A DNA stretch of 64,000 nt. Origin: Octopus sinensis (taxonomy: Eukaryota). Positions 11,837 through 25,729 of this stretch are shown here, in pieces. The stretch spans positions 96,782,001 through 96,846,000 of the forward strand of contig NC_043006.1 in the NCBI RefSeq assembly GCF_006345805.1, written 5' to 3'. A model generated the notes under the pieces. That model ran no database searches. It saw only the letters and a program-made list of their open reading frames with translations, and was not told the origin of the DNA. Every line of letters starts with the position of its first letter. The stretch's first letter is position 1. Position numbers and translations under genes: made by a program.

Positions 11837-12089
11837 ATAATATATATTTTTGAAAACAAAAACTACAAAAAAACATAAGAATGACGTAATTGATTAATTA
11901 TATGAGTAAATTCATAAAATGAAGAGATTTGTATGCGTCTATCTGTGTGTATGTGTATATATTCGTGTGTAAATATACACTTGTAGACTCATACATTTCT
12001 ATGATACGGTTTGATTTATATGTCGCAATTATGTATTTGACATAAATATGTGGACATAAATCCAACCTAACTAAAAGGTGCTGCCACTC

Positions 12090-12091
12090 AT

Positions 12092-12128
<37 letters not shown>

Positions 12129-12291
12129 CATACATATAGATACTTGTATATATATACCTATATATATATATATACATACATATACATACATGTATATATA
12201 TACTTATATATATATATACTTATATATATACTTACATTACATGCATATATATATACATATATATATATATGCATATATACATATACATGGG

Positions 12292-12339
<48 letters not shown>

Positions 12340-12430
12340 ACATACATATAGATACTTGTATATATATACCTATATATATATATATGCATATATCTGCATT
12401 TATATATAGGTGTGTGCACACTCACACACA
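12090..12430. repeat. (TA)/(CA)-rich low-complexity tract
   Basis: Direct reading. Confidence 0.9.
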
Positions 12431-13181
12431 CGTATATAAGCTTACGTACGTACAGAAGGAGTGAGAGTGGTGTATGTGCATGAGAGAGGGAGAGAGAAAA
12501 GTATGTTTTGAGAAGAGAGGGAGAGTTAATGATTGAAGGAATATGAATGAAAGTATTAAACTGCAGACTAATGTAGAACGTAAATGACCCAAGATATATG
12601 TAATACAGACATTGTGTATAACTGTGACTAAAAACCTTATCAATCATGCTGTCTACAGATTTTGTTGATAAACCATTTTGAATTTAAAGCCAACTTGCAT
12701 CCAAAATAACATTATTCTAGTGACAGAAAAGTCAACGAACAGACAGTACAACTGTCGTCCTGAAGCTGGAAAATCTCCGTCAGTGACTGAATGGTAATCA
12801 ATAGAGTGACTCTTGTTTGTATGAGGTCAGGATGTCTTTTTGCGAATAAGCTGCACTGCGCTAGATGTGGGGGCAGCACGCCATTTTGGACCTCGCTCGA
12901 GACTTGTATGGACTTAGCAAATTTCGATTGATGAAGTATCTTCTGGCTCTGAGGAGAAGAATAGTCTCTGTTTTGCAGTGCAAACTAGGCTAAGGAGGTG
13001 CTACTGAGAGCAGAAGAGATCCTCGGTGACAATGAGGCCCATTATTTAGAAGGAATTTCGGTACGGTGGTGTTTCCTTGATATAGGTAGTTCTCAAGCCT
13101 TTTTGTTTTGTTTTGATTTGGTTTTCTTTTTTTCTTCTTTTCTTGCTGTTCAAAAGCACAAGTTAGCATGACTCCACTGGA

Positions 13182-13250
<69 letters not shown>

Positions 13251-13254
<4 letters not shown>

Positions 13255-13422
13255 ATCCAAACAAGAAAACAAAAAAAACACAACAACGCAAGGACGTGGA
13301 ACAAATAAAGTATTGTTGGACGGTCAGGAAAGAAGGGAAGAAGGAAACATAGGAGAAGGAAAGATCCAGAGAAGGGACGCCGGAGGAAAAAAAATCGCCA
13401 GTGGTACTCACGAGGTCACATA
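13251..13422 (-). mobile_element. Terminal repeat fragment of a probable Penelope-like element, ending in (TA)n
   Basis: Reverse complement matches 60129-60289 + 60752-60812; abuts (TA)n 13183-13250. PLE origin inferred from the hammerhead-like motif in the 60.2 kb sibling. Confidence 0.6.
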
Positions 13423-14374
13423 CTGAAAGATGTATATATATATATATTAATAAAATTTGTATCTTGAATATGGGGGATCAAACTACGGAAAGGAATAGAA
13501 ATAAGTACACAAAGTTAATGTTACACCACTCGTCTATCCACCTCTTATTAAGTTTGCTGTGTCCAGAACATCAGCCCTTTGGAATCTCCCTCCTATTCAT
13601 GCTCTTCAACTCTTGGCCGAGTAGACCGTCAGGAATGGACAGCTGGAGAAGGTGAGAGTAGCACTAAAATTTGGTTGAAAATAAAAGAGCAATGCAGAAG
13701 AAAATGCCTTACTCAAAGTCTCACAATCATGACGATTTACCAGTACCAGGAATCGACACTACAACCAGTAACCTAGCCACTAGACAAAGTGCCTTCACAT
13801 GCTCAATAAGGATATCAAATGCATCATGTCCTCTAATTATATCGAAGGAATCAATGATATATCTAATTATAACAAGCAAACTATTATTGCAATAGGAATC
13901 TAACAGAAATTAGCAATATCGACAAATTATTGACGTACGAAAGATCACTGGTTGGCAGCATCTGTAGAGCTATGATCGAAATTCTTGTGGTATTTTCTTT
14001 GTGTAATGTCTTCAAATTCTACTGGGGTCAGCAACATATTTTATGTTTCTGAGATGGGATCATTAAAAACTAGTCATGTACTGGGGTTCGGTTAAATCCA
14101 CTAACCTCTCCTTAGACATCAGTATGAGGAATTTAGCAGAATTGTGATGAATGCAATGAATACAAAGCATTTAGTTATAGTTTTTGAGGTCCTGAGTTCA
14201 AAAGCCACCAGTGTTAAAATTTAAATCGTCTTTCAATGCTTCCAGTATTGTTGAAAATGGTAGCAGCCAAGGACCAGCATCAATTTAATTGGTTATTGTC
14301 TACAAACACCTACGACCCTATCACACCCACATCATCCAAAAATTCTTGGCTTTGTACAGTATCAATGATTAAAT

Positions 14375-14965
14375 AAATATTGGTTTCAAATTTTGGCAAT
14401 TCCGTGGGTCGGAATAAGTCAATTATATCGACTCCATTGTTTGACTGGTACTTATTTTATCGACCCCAAAAGAATAAAAGACAAAGCTGACCCCGACGGA
14501 ATTTGAACTCAGTTCGTAAAGACGGACGAAATTCCGCTAAGCATTTTGCCGGGCGTCCTAACGATTCTACCAACTCGCCGCTTTAATGAGAAAATGAGTA
14601 TTCCTTTCTAATATAAACACAAGGCCTGAAATTTGGTGGGAGTGAGGTTAAACTGGTATTCAATTTGTCGACTCCCAAGTGATGATATTGACCTCGGTGG
14701 GATTTGAATTCAGAACTTAAACACGGACAAAATACCGCTGAGGATTTTGTCCGGACTGCAAATATTTCTGCCAGCTCACTGCCTTAATGACAGAATACTG
14801 AGTTAAAATGTTGGCACAAGGCCAGCAAGTCCGAAGAAGAGGGTCAGTCGATTATTTCAAGCCTAGTCTACAACTGGTAATTATTTTGTGGAAAACAAAA
14901 TCGACCTCGCCAGAATTTGAACTCAGAGCGTAAAGATGGACGAAATGCCAGCTCACCGCCTAATG
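14375..14965 (-). mobile_element. Three head-to-tail family B SINE copies
   Basis: gaatttgaactcag core recurs at about 14500, 14702 and 14915, each with tail and head remnants. Confidence 0.75.
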
Positions 14966-15289
14966 GTGAAATAAATACTGCGATAAATTAAAGGGCTGGT
15001 TTAAAACCGGACGTAGCTGAAGATTACACAGTTAGCATTGTAATTACAATATCACGAGTTCGATCCCAATGTGTGGCAGCTTGACAGGTGTCTTTTTTGT
15101 AATCGTATTGGGGGTAATTTAATAGAATCAGGTTTGTTATGCCCTGTCAATTTGAATGAAACTGAAAATTAAATTAACAGTACACGTATGCGCGGTACAC
15201 TCAACCATTTGCTTGCTAAACTAACGAATACGAGTTTCAGTTAGTCGAACAATTGAATAGACATCGGTTAAATGACGGATAAAAGACAA

Positions 15290-15302
15290 TCACCACCACC
15301 AT

Positions 15303-15384
<82 letters not shown>

Positions 15385-15425
15385 TCTACTACTACTAAAA
15401 TCACCACCACCACCACCACAACATC
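15290..15425. repeat. (CTA)n/(CAC)n microsatellite
   Basis: Direct reading. Confidence 0.9.
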
Positions 15426-15534
15426 CACCAGACTAATTTACAGATATGCAGTTATCGCTCAGAAAGAATTCTGTTGTGTATTATATTAGCTGAGAACAAT
15501 TCAGAAACAATACATATCGTATATAGTTGTACAT

Positions 15535-15577
<43 letters not shown>

Positions 15578-16184
15578 CACACATATATATATATATGTGT
15601 GCGTGTGTGTGTGTACATATGTTTGCGTATATGTGTTTGTGTGTGTACGTATGTATGAATACAAGTATGTGTGTCTGTATGCATGTGTATGAGTACATGT
15701 ATGCATGTATTAAATGTATGTATAAATACATATATATACATAGGAAACATTCCACAAGCCTCTACTGGCGCGAAAGTTTTCTTCATCTTCAAAGAAATGA
15801 GAACACACAACAACAACAACAACAACCAGCTAAATAGGAACCAATCAGAGCTTGCAGTTGTTGAAAGATTAAAGGAAAATCTAAATGAATGATAAATGTT
15901 TCGATAAAGCAGTCTTATCAATGGCGGACATTCTCACATAACTGGCCTGAGCACCATATCAAAGACTGCTTAGACACAGAGGTAGTTAGCAAACGCTGAT
16001 TCTTCAATGAGACAGTATAATTCCTTCTTAAACTGCCTCCTTGTTTCCGTTTGTGTGTGCATGTAAGCGTATGTGTATGTGTGTTTGTGTTGTGTATCTG
16101 TTTCTGCGCACTAACATTCACACAGACGCATGTACGCTCATGTACATACATATATAATGTACATATATATATACACACACACAC

Positions 16185-16285
16185 GCACATACATACATAC
16201 GTACATACATACGTACATACATACATACATACATACATACATACATACATACATACATACATACGTACATACATACATACATACA

Positions 16286-16319
<34 letters not shown>

Positions 16320-16340
16320 CCTACATACATACATACATAC

Positions 16341-16371
<31 letters not shown>

Positions 16372-16385
16372 CATACATACGTACA
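16185..16385. repeat. (TACA)n microsatellite
   Basis: Direct reading. Confidence 0.95.
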
Positions 16386-16936
16386 TATGTATGTATTTAT
16401 AAAGGGCAAGAGAGCGAGAGAGTGCGAGTACATCTATCTGTCTATTTCCCCCTCACTCATCTTACTCACTCATCCTCACGCTCTCAATTTTTCACTTAGA
16501 CATGCATGATATATTCTCGCTCTTCCTCCCCCCGCCTCTCAAAATTTATATATTTCTTCTATTACTGTATTTCTATTTTGCTGTATTTTCTCAAATAAAA
16601 AGAAAAACACGCACGTGCAAACCTGCGTGTACGAGCGTGTGTGTAAAGGCGTGGCCTTAATGGTCAAGTTGCTGTGCTCATGATCCCAATGACGCTGGGG
16701 GCCGGGTTTCATTCTTGAAGCAAGCAGTGTGTTTTTTTTTCCTTGAGTTAGGCATGTCATTTTACATTGCCCTAGTCTGGCTCAACTGATTGCCGATGCA
16801 GCATCTCACCTCCACGTTTCTTTCATTTTCTATATGTTCCGTTCTGGCTAGATCATTACAAGAATATGGTTGGGTGGATGTAGATGTTGATGATGGGTGG
16901 GGGGGACGTAGGCGTGAGTTACTCATGCACACTCTA

Positions 16937-17925
16937 CGAGGTGGTATCAAATAGTTCCCGGACTAGTCTTGTAGCGCACCGGCAGATGGCAGCACATGGT
17001 TATGTGTGCAGTGAGAGCTAGCAGTGACCTTCATGAGGCAGGGAGCCGAGTGACATCGTTGTGTTTACTTCAACAGTTGTGAAATTTCTGTCTTTGTGAT
17101 CAAATGCATGATATATTCTGCGATTTTGGCATGCACAGGAACAAAGAGCCAACGTGTAATTTTGCTTTAAACTTCAGGGTTACAAAGGCATTGAGCATGC
17201 TTCGTCAAGCATTCAGCGACGAGACAATGGGTCGTGTGCAATATTTCGAAAGGCACGGGCACTTCAAAAAACAGAAGAACGTCCCTGGAAGGCAATGAGC
17301 AATATAGAATCACGAGCGTCGCCCCCGGAAATGTAGAAAAAATTCATCGGTTTGAGCATGAAATTGTCTGTGGTGAACATGCAGCGTGCTCTGTCAAGTT
17401 TGTCCCCCTGTTTGCTAATCACTAAGCAGAAAGAAAATCGCGTCGAAGTCTGTCAAGATCTCTGTCAGAGTGTTACTGGTGACCCATCTTTCATGCCGAG
17501 CGTCATCACTGGTGACGAGAGTTGGGTATATGGGTACGACCCAGAGACGAAGCAGCTGTCGTCGCAGTGGAGGAGGCTTTGAGCTCCTTGAGCGAAGAAG
17601 GCACAACACATTCGCAGCTCAATCAAGAGCATGCTCATCATATTTTTCGTTTTTGACATCTGCGGTATTGTGTATCGAGAATTCGTCCCGCAGTGCCAGT
17701 TCGCCAGTCGAGAGTTCAACTGCGACGTTTTGAAGCGTTTGAGAGAGAGATTCGGTGTAAGTGATCGGATCTGCGAATCACGAAGAATTGGATTCTTCAC
17801 AATAACAATGCACCCTGATACCAAATTCTCCCTACTCGTGAATTTCTCGCCCAAAACATGGTATCGCTTCTACACCCGCCGTATTCATAAGAATTAGAAC
17901 CCACGGACTTCCATCTCTACCCAAG
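16937..17925 (+). mobile_element. Decayed mariner transposase element, left end plus most of the transposase
   Basis: TA then cgaggtggtatcaaatagttcccggact (left-TIR-like); peptides TKALSMLRQAFSDETMGRVQYF, VITGDESWVYGYDPETKQLSSQW, MLIIFFVFDICGIVYREFVPQ, HPPYS; no right TIR seen. Confidence 0.88.
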
Positions 17926-18061
17926 CACATGTTCACACGTCAAATCTTATATATAAATGATATATCTACTTACATGTACTTGTATACAAATAAATAGGTT
18001 GTAATTAATTTAAAGTGCAATGTAGGCTTTGCATATGGGTCCTATTTAGAAATAATATTTA

Positions 18062-18205
18062 GCAGAGGCCGACCAAGAACCCGCTGGCTTCACACCATCA
18101 AGAGTGATACCGGAATGGACTTAGCCAATCTGAAAGAAGCGGCCCAGGATAGAACTGACTGGAGGACACTGATCCGAGTAACCGAGAGTCGACTTCGACT
18201 GAGTG
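18062..18205 (+). mobile_element. 3' end of an RTE-clade LINE
   Basis: RGRPRTRWLHTIKSDTGMDLANLKEAAQDRTDWRTLIRVTESRLRLSG*, the RTE/BovB-type C-terminus, followed by a (GATA)n tail. Confidence 0.8.

Positions 18206-18279
<74 letters not shown>
18205..18279. repeat. (GATA)n tail microsatellite
   Basis: Direct reading. Confidence 0.95.
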
Positions 18280-19132
18280 ATTATTGTGATTGTACATATT
18301 TTTATGGATAATTGCATAGAGAGAAGCACAGAATCACTTGTAGATATGCATTCTCTTAAATACACATATCAATTTTCGCTAAGTCAAAGGCACGCACACA
18401 CACACACAATTAAGAAAACAATTTTGTTTAGACTGATGCGAAGATAAAGCATTAATGAGAAAGAGCATACATATGAAGACGTTTATCACCAAATAAAAAT
18501 TAGACGAGTTCCAGATTATCTTTGCATTTTCAGTTGGTTATACTCGAGATTGCTCCAATCTGGCCAGCCCCAAGGAAAAACTAATCTAAGAGCACTAGAT
18601 TTCTTGGAAGAAAGTAGCGAATGTATACGAAAACAAGGACGGAAAAAAAACGGGAAAATGATACACAAATACAAATAACAGGACATTAACAACGGGTGTC
18701 TTTCGACTAAGGACGAATTAAATTAAGCTGGTGTGTATGGAAGTAAAGCCTTAAGATTTGACAGGGACATAAGATTTGACAGGCACAGGGAGAAATATAG
18801 ATGTTGCACGGATTGTAGTCGAACCAAGAAAGAAAGGTCAGGCTTGGCCGAACACCAGTCACGTGGGTAGAGAAGAGAGAAAGATAGAAGTAGAGGGACA
18901 GAAGAATTAAGGAGGGGCGAGAAAAAATGAAAGCGACAGAGTGAAGTGAAAGAGGAAGGAATGTGAGCATGAAGAGAAGGACAGGAAATGTGAGAGAGGG
19001 GGAAAGAAAGAACGAAGAGTGGAATGAACAAAGTAAGTTTGAAGGGGATGAGAGGAAGAAGGAAAGAATGAAAGAGTAGAAAGAATAATAGAGTCATACA
19101 AAATTTAGATATATATATATTTACATATATAC

Positions 19133-19502
19133 AGGCGCAGGAGTGGCTGTGTGGTAAGTAGCTTGTTTACCAACCACATGGTTCTGGGTTCAGTCCCACT
19201 GCGTGGCACCTTGGGCAAGTGTCTTCTACTATAGCCTTGGGCCGACCAAAGCCTTGTGAGTGGATTTGGTAGACGGAAACTGAAAGAAGCCCGTTGTATA
19301 TATGTATATATGTATATATGCATGTGGGTATTTGTGTGTGTCCCCCTAGCATTGCTTGACAATCGATGCTGGTGTGTTTATGTCCCCGTTACTTAGCGGT
19401 TCGGCAAAATAATAAGTCCCGGGTCGAGTTGCTCGATTAAAGGCGGTGCTCCAGCATGGCCGCAGTCAAATGACTAGTAAAAAAGTAAAAGAGAAAAGAG
19501 TA
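19133..19502 (+). mobile_element. SINE family A with a small internal deletion
   Basis: Head aggcgcaggagtggctgtgtgg (A-box-like) and ggttcagtccc (B-box-like); lacks the gagaccgatagaataagtact segment of other copies. Confidence 0.9.
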
Positions 19503-19915
19503 ATATAAGAAACCAAAGTGTACGTCTGCCGTTATACTTTTATGTATAAAATATACAAAAATAGGACAAGAATGCAAAACATCCATGCAGTTAGGTGATA
19601 AAAAAGGGGAACAACAAAACATCCAGACAGTCGATACAAAGAAAACAAGGACGGCTCATTCGGAGTTTTCTTTCCTAAGTCGAGTTCCAGACAAAGACGA
19701 AGAACCTATGGAATAATCACAGAAAATACAAAGGAAACTAAACAAAGGAAGGGGTGTAAGATAAGCGAAAACATTTTTTCCTTTTTCCGAGAAAGTATTT
19801 TAATGCAAGCGGTAACCAAAGCATAAATTGTAGATTTAATATATTTTGGTTGCATTTCCATATTTAAAATCTGAAGCATCATTTCAAAATTTCAGTAAGT
19901 GAAACAGTATCAACA

Positions 19916-20308
19916 ATACTCTAGGCACAATCCTCGAAATTTTCGGGTTGGGGGGCCAGTCGATTAGGTCGATCCCATTACGCAACTGGTACTTAATTTA
20001 TAGACCCCCGAAAAGATTAAAGGCAAAGGCGACCTCGACGGAATTTGAACTCAGAACGTAGCGGCAGACGAAATACCTATTTCTTTATTACCCACAAGGG
20101 GCTAAACATAGAGGGGACAAACAAGGATAGACATAGGTATTAAGTCGATTACAACGACCCCAGTGCGAAACTGGTACTTAGTTTATCGACCCCGAAAGGA
20201 TGAAAGGCAAAGGCAACCTCGACGGAATTTGAACTCAGAACGTAGCGGCAGACGAAATACGGCTACGCATTTCGCCCGGCGTGCTAACGATTCTGCCAGC
20301 TCCCCGCC
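19916..20308 (-). mobile_element. Dimeric family B SINE
   Basis: Two cores joined at gacgaaatac|ctatttcttt (about 20076); same junction at 34161 and 58404. Confidence 0.85.
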
Positions 20309-20574
20309 TTGTGCCACCGATATATCGATACAAGCTTTGTCTTATCTTTTGTGTCACGCTCCAGAAATATTATTCTATGGAGGAAACATGTTTTACTCAC
20401 AAACACGTTTATATTTATATGAGAGGAGCAGTAGTATATTTATTTATTCAAACGAACTACTTCAGTGGGAAAATATGATTTTGCTCACTAGTAAAAGCCA
20501 TAAAGTATCATAGATACGATAAGCGAAAGGAAGGAGAAATTAATAATAGTTTTAGATTATTTTTGGTAAAAATT

Positions 20575-20883
20575 TGTGGCAAAGGCCCAGTCGTTAGGGC
20601 AACGGACTCGCGGTCGTAGGATCACGGTTTCGATTCCCAGACCAGATGTTGTGAGTGTTTACTGAGCGAAAATACCTTAAGCTCCACAAGGCTCCGGCAG
20701 CGGGGTGGGAGGCAATCTCTGCTGTACTCTTTCGCCGCAACATTCTCTAATTCTTTCTTCTGTTGGCCTGCTCGCTTATCCAGCGGGGTGGTGTCATTTT
20801 AAGGCTAAAACAATGCGAAACGCATTGTGAGCAACGATGTGTAGCAACACGTGATAGCCTGGTCGGTCACGTGATCATGTGAT
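20575..20883 (+). mobile_element. tRNA-derived SINE family C, alternative-tail variant
   Basis: Head ggcccagtcgttagggcaacggactcgcggtcg..gtttcgattccc and body shared with 20930 up to ctgtactctttc, then a different 3' half. Confidence 0.75.
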
Positions 20884-20929
20884 TGGAAAAAGTTAGAAAG
20901 TTGTTTTCAATAGCTATGGTCTTACGTGT

Positions 20930-21315
20930 GTGGAGGCGCAATGGCCCAGTGGTTAGGGCAGCGGACTTGCGGTCATAGGATCGTGGTTTCGATTCCCAGA
21001 CCGGGCGTGTTTATTGAGCGAAAACACCTAAAGCTCCACGAGGCTCCGGCAAGGGATGGTGGTGATCCCTGTTGTACTCTTTCACCACAACTTTCTCTCA
21101 CTCTTACTTCCTGTTTCTGTTGTACCTGTATTTCAAAGGGCCGGCCTTGTCACTCTCTGTGTCACGCTGAATATCTCCGAGAACTACGTTAAGGGTACAC
21201 GTGTCTGTGGAGTGCTCAGCCACTTACACGTTCATTTCACGAGCAGGCTGTTCCGTTGATTCGGATCAACCGGAACCCTCATCGTCGTAACCGACGGAGT
21301 GCTTCCTTCCTTCCT
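20930..21315 (+). mobile_element. tRNA-derived SINE family C, full length, 10-bp TSD
   Basis: A box tggcccagtgg, B box gtttcgattcc; TSD tcttacgtgt at 20920-20929 and 21316-21325. Possibly one of the published octopus tRNA-Arg SINEs (OR1/OR2), not verified. Confidence 0.9.
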
Positions 21316-22059
21316 TCTTACGTGTATTTTAATAGAAAGAAAAATTAAGAAAAAAATTAATAAGCACATTTATTTGGTGATATACTATCTTAAAAAGGAT
21401 GATATATTTTTTTAAGGAAATGTATTAATTTAGTAAGATGCTGTTATATCAACTAACGAAACCCGTAGAATTTTCATAGGTCACTAGCACTGATTTTGTT
21501 AAATTTTATTAATACATATTACGTTCTTTAAGTTGCTCGCATATAATATTCTTATGTCTGTTACTACTATATGTTTTTTTTTTGGGTGGGGGGTGTTTTC
21601 GTTTGTTTTATTTTTTCCTACAATTACTTTCTTCCATTACTAGAAATATAAAATTTATTTTATGATTTACTGATCGTCTTCAAATAATGTTGAACAACGG
21701 TTCACATAATGTTATGTAAGATGTTGCCGAATATATCAGATCCATTATTTGCAATTAAATCTCAAAACATAAATTCCTCTAATTCGCTTGAGACCAAGAA
21801 CTTACGTTTCAACGATCTTGTGGGAGAGATGACATCCATATTTGTTGAAGAAGAAAAAAATGTAGTTTGACCAATATAACGGAGATATATGTGGCATGTA
21901 GGAATTTTCTATTATGAATTACTTTTAATTTCAATAAGTTAAATGATGATTCATTGGTTTATTTTGCACAGCAGTATTGTAAATAACAAAGACAAAAATT
22001 ATAGTTTGAAGGATTAATTAAAATCAGCAACACTATTTTTATTAACGGTTTCAGGTTTT

Positions 22060-22425
22060 GACACAAGGACAGCAATTCTAGAGAAAAAGTCAGGCAATTA
22101 TATCGACCTAAAAACTAATCTAGTACTTTGTTTTATTGAGTTCGAAAGGATGAAAGGTAAAATTGGACTTTGGCTACATTTGAGCCCACTACATTAAAAA
22201 CCGAACGAAAGTGCCACTAAGCTTTTCGTCCGATTCATTGACGATTCTGCTCGGTCACCGCCTTGATAATATTTCCAATAATCAGGCGGCGATCTGGCAG
22301 AGTCGTTAGAAAAACGGGCAAAATATTGAGTGGTATTTCGTCATTTTTTATGTCCTGAGGTCAAATTCTGACGAGGTTGAATTTGCCCTTCTTCATTTTG
22401 GAGTCGATAAAATAAGTACCAGTCA
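22060..22425. mobile_element. Head-to-head pair of degenerate family B SINEs
   Basis: Minus copy ends ..ggtcaccgcctt at about 22263; plus copy starts aggcggcgatctggcag at about 22284. Confidence 0.65.
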
Positions 22426-22873
22426 GAGCTTGTTGGTCTTGTGTTAGAATTTGAAACCAATATTTCCAATAATTCTGTCTGCTATAGGCACAGGATCTAA
22501 AATTTGGAATGGGAGGGGAGTGATCGATTACATCGACACCAGGACGAAAGGCAAATCTAGCTTTGGCTAAATTTGAAGTGTCATTATTTCCTATAATAAA
22601 TAGAGAAATGGAGAGGAAAATAACGCAGTTAAAAGTCATTAGTACACAAAAACAAATAACTTATATTTTTGAATCAAGTGTATGTTTCTTTATATTTATG
22701 AAAAATAAATTGTTTTGGAATTTTAGAATTTACGTCTCTATTCTAAGTAGACTCTTCGGTCAGATTAAACGGACTTAATTTGTCAACATAGATATTCACA
22801 GTAAAATAATGATTTATATGAAGTGCGTGTATATATGTTTGCAATGTGTATTCGTGCGTGCGTGTGTTTGTGT

Positions 22874-22913
<40 letters not shown>

Positions 22914-23884
22914 CCAGGGTTTCCAGGTCGAAATAATTTATTTTACCATTTTTCAAGCTGGGAACAAGACCGTTTGTCAGTTGTCTTTTGAACAGATGAC
23001 GTTTAAGCAAGTGATGCTGGTAAAAAAGACAAGAAGTAAAATAGAAGGGAGATAACCAACGTTACAACAATTCGATGTCAAGCAGACGTAAGCAAGATAT
23101 CAATAGTTTACTAAGTATCCGGTGGTTCAGTTTTAAATTCCGACAAGATGTATTTCTTAAAGGCGGACATACTGAGACAATTTCTTTCCTGGAATTTATG
23201 TATTCGTTGGATGTTCTCAAGTTCTTTAGTAGATATAGTTTTTCAAAAGAACATACTGAACATTTTTTGGTCCCTTTAATATAGGATCTGGTTTTGGAGA
23301 TCTTCCATTTGATTATCGAAACTTGTCCCTCCGTCTTTAAAATTCCAGATTAAAGCCGAAATGGTAGTTGAATATCTATTACTATGGTACCTAGAATTAC
23401 TTCTTGGAGCTGGTCGGGCTTATAACAGCTCCATTCAGTTCCACCTACCACACTTATCTTCCCAGCTTTCTCGTTGTGTCTAACTCCAATAAGCCCCTAA
23501 ATCATCGCTACATTCTTCTTTCTCAGAACGTCGGCCCTCTGCAATTCACTGCCTGATCATATCTATCCCAAACTAATTGGCTTGAAAACTTTCAACAAGA
23601 ACATTAATAGCGTTAATCTCAAGAGAATAGGTGGGGGCGTGCAAAAACCATAGGCACTGGCCCTTCCTCCAGAACCTGCAAGTAAAAACGCGCGCACACA
23701 CACATACACACATACATGCTTATGTAGATGTATGTAAATACACATACCTATCTACTTACGCTCAAACTAAAGCATTAGTACAAAGTAAATAGTGATCGTG
23801 ACTCAAGAGATGTGAATTCTCAATCAAGGCGTGAAATGAGAATTTCTGTTGACATTTAATTTTCTTTGTCCTCATTATGTTATA

Positions 23885-24453
23885 TAGGGTAGGCCATAAT
23901 AATGGGACATATTTCAAATGCTAGTAGCTTGGGTTATAAAAATGACATCGAATACCAAATATATTTATTACATAACTGATATACAGGAGTTCAATATATT
24001 ATCTAAAATTTGAATATTACATCCTGTAGATGGTCAACACCACGAAGATAACAGTCATGGGCTCGCTTTCTCATATCAAGCTCACTGCAACTTCACATAT
24101 TAACTGAAATGGCTGTAACTGCCTTTCACGCGGAAATTTGTAATAGCACGCAGGATCACCTTTCAGGATGGTGCCTGTTGCTTTCTAAAACAATTTCTAA
24201 AAGAATTTTCTTTGGGCTACAACGGTGAATCTTTGGCAGGTGAAGTATGCATCGACCACGTATGTAATTTCTTTTGGAATCCAAGATATTATGAGTGTCA
24301 CAAACACCAACTACCGGGATAAATAGGAAAATCTTAGATGATATATCGAACTGTTGTATATCGATTATGTAATAGATGTATTTAGTACTCTATGAATATT
24401 ATAATCCAAGATACTATCCTTTAAAATGTGTCCCATCATTATGCCCCACCCTG
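23885..24453 (+). mobile_element. Non-autonomous Tc1/mariner-superfamily element
   Basis: TIRs tagggtaggccataataatgggaca / tgtcccatcattatgccccaccctg (21/25); traces TFQDGA and WGY. Confidence 0.7.
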
Positions 24454-25729
24454 CATTAAGCTAAAATAATATATAATATTACATAATATATGTATCATAT
24501 TTGTCGTTATTTGTACGTATATGAGTGGTGCAATAGCCTCTGTTCGACGAATGAGTTCCAATAATCATTCTCCGAGCCAATCAATAAGTCCTTGTGATTT
24601 TCCTCATTATTATCTTCCTTGTAGCATTCTGAGATGCTCCATTGATGTAAACTGAACGTCCATGTTTCTTCTCACTTAAATTACTTCAAATTCGTTAGTC
24701 GATAGATTGATTGATCGATCAATATCTTATGTAAGAGGAAAACAAGTAAAGAAAATACTGAATAATAATTGTTATGTAAAAGACATGTAAATAGATTTAA
24801 TAACGGATTTTTTCGGTCTTTATCCTCTGATTTTCTTGCTACTGTTTTTGATATTTTTGTCTAAACCTACTCAACTTAATCGATTTACATTCAACAGTAT
24901 TCCGATTGTGACTAAGTAATCTCATATTTTTAAAAGATTATATCATGAAACATGCCACTCTTTTGTTTTAAGACTGTAGGTTGTGATTTTAGAAAGTTAT
25001 GGCTGCCATTTCTAGCACATTCAAGTTGCCACATAGACTTTCCTTAATATATTATTGGTCGATTATGAAACCATTTTAATTTCAGCATTAGGCATTAATA
25101 GTTCAGTTATTAAAACGCTAATAAATATACCCTGAAGTTTAGAACTCGAGTTCTTCTTAGAATGATAAAAAACAATATGGTTAAATGCAGTGAAAAGTAT
25201 AATGGCTAACATATAAAACCTATCATAGACACAAATTGTATCCGCTGTTCAGGGATTTTTGCTGTTGTTGCTAGCTTTCAATTTAATTCTGGGTTTGTTG
25301 TTATATCTTTTAACCCCAGGTTTGACCTGACCGAACAAACGTATATGTTCCAAACATGTCCAGTCTAAATTTTTTGTGAGGCGATTTCCATTCCACATTT
25401 TTTTGTGCAGAATAAATATTTTCATGATTTATATGGATATTGCTTTATATTTTATCGTTATATATTATCATAAGGTAGCAAACTAGAATTCATTCTAATT
25501 CATTATTTTTATTGTAGATCAACACTAGTATTTCACAAGCACACAGATACAGTAACTTCCATGTATATGTGTATGTGTCTGTTGTATGCGTACGTGTACG
25601 TGTGTTGTGAGTGTGAATGCTCGTATACAGAAGATTATTCAATAGAAACAAACTTAAATGAATTATAAATGTATTTATAACTAACATTAAAACTTAGCTA
25701 AACCAGCTAAAGCCTCCTTAACAAATCAT

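Noticed and set aside
12078-12647. Long ORFs rich in Y/I/H/T/C/V (also 15481-16509, 27539-28463, 31468-32106, 38040-39255, 49241-50247, 60694-61466)
   Set aside because: Translations of (TA), (CA), (TACA), (TAT), (GGT) and (TCTA) microsatellites; no coding signal.
13567-13657. Possible exon ending at ag|gtgaga
   Set aside because: Weak acceptor and no recognisable peptide; cannot be supported without transcript data.
20930-21010. tRNA gene
   Set aside because: tRNA-like head continues into a SINE body with a TSD and has sibling copies; no proper acceptor stem.
21721-21870. ~50-codon open frame MLPNISDPLFAIK...
   Set aside because: Short, unrecognised, no convincing splice sites.
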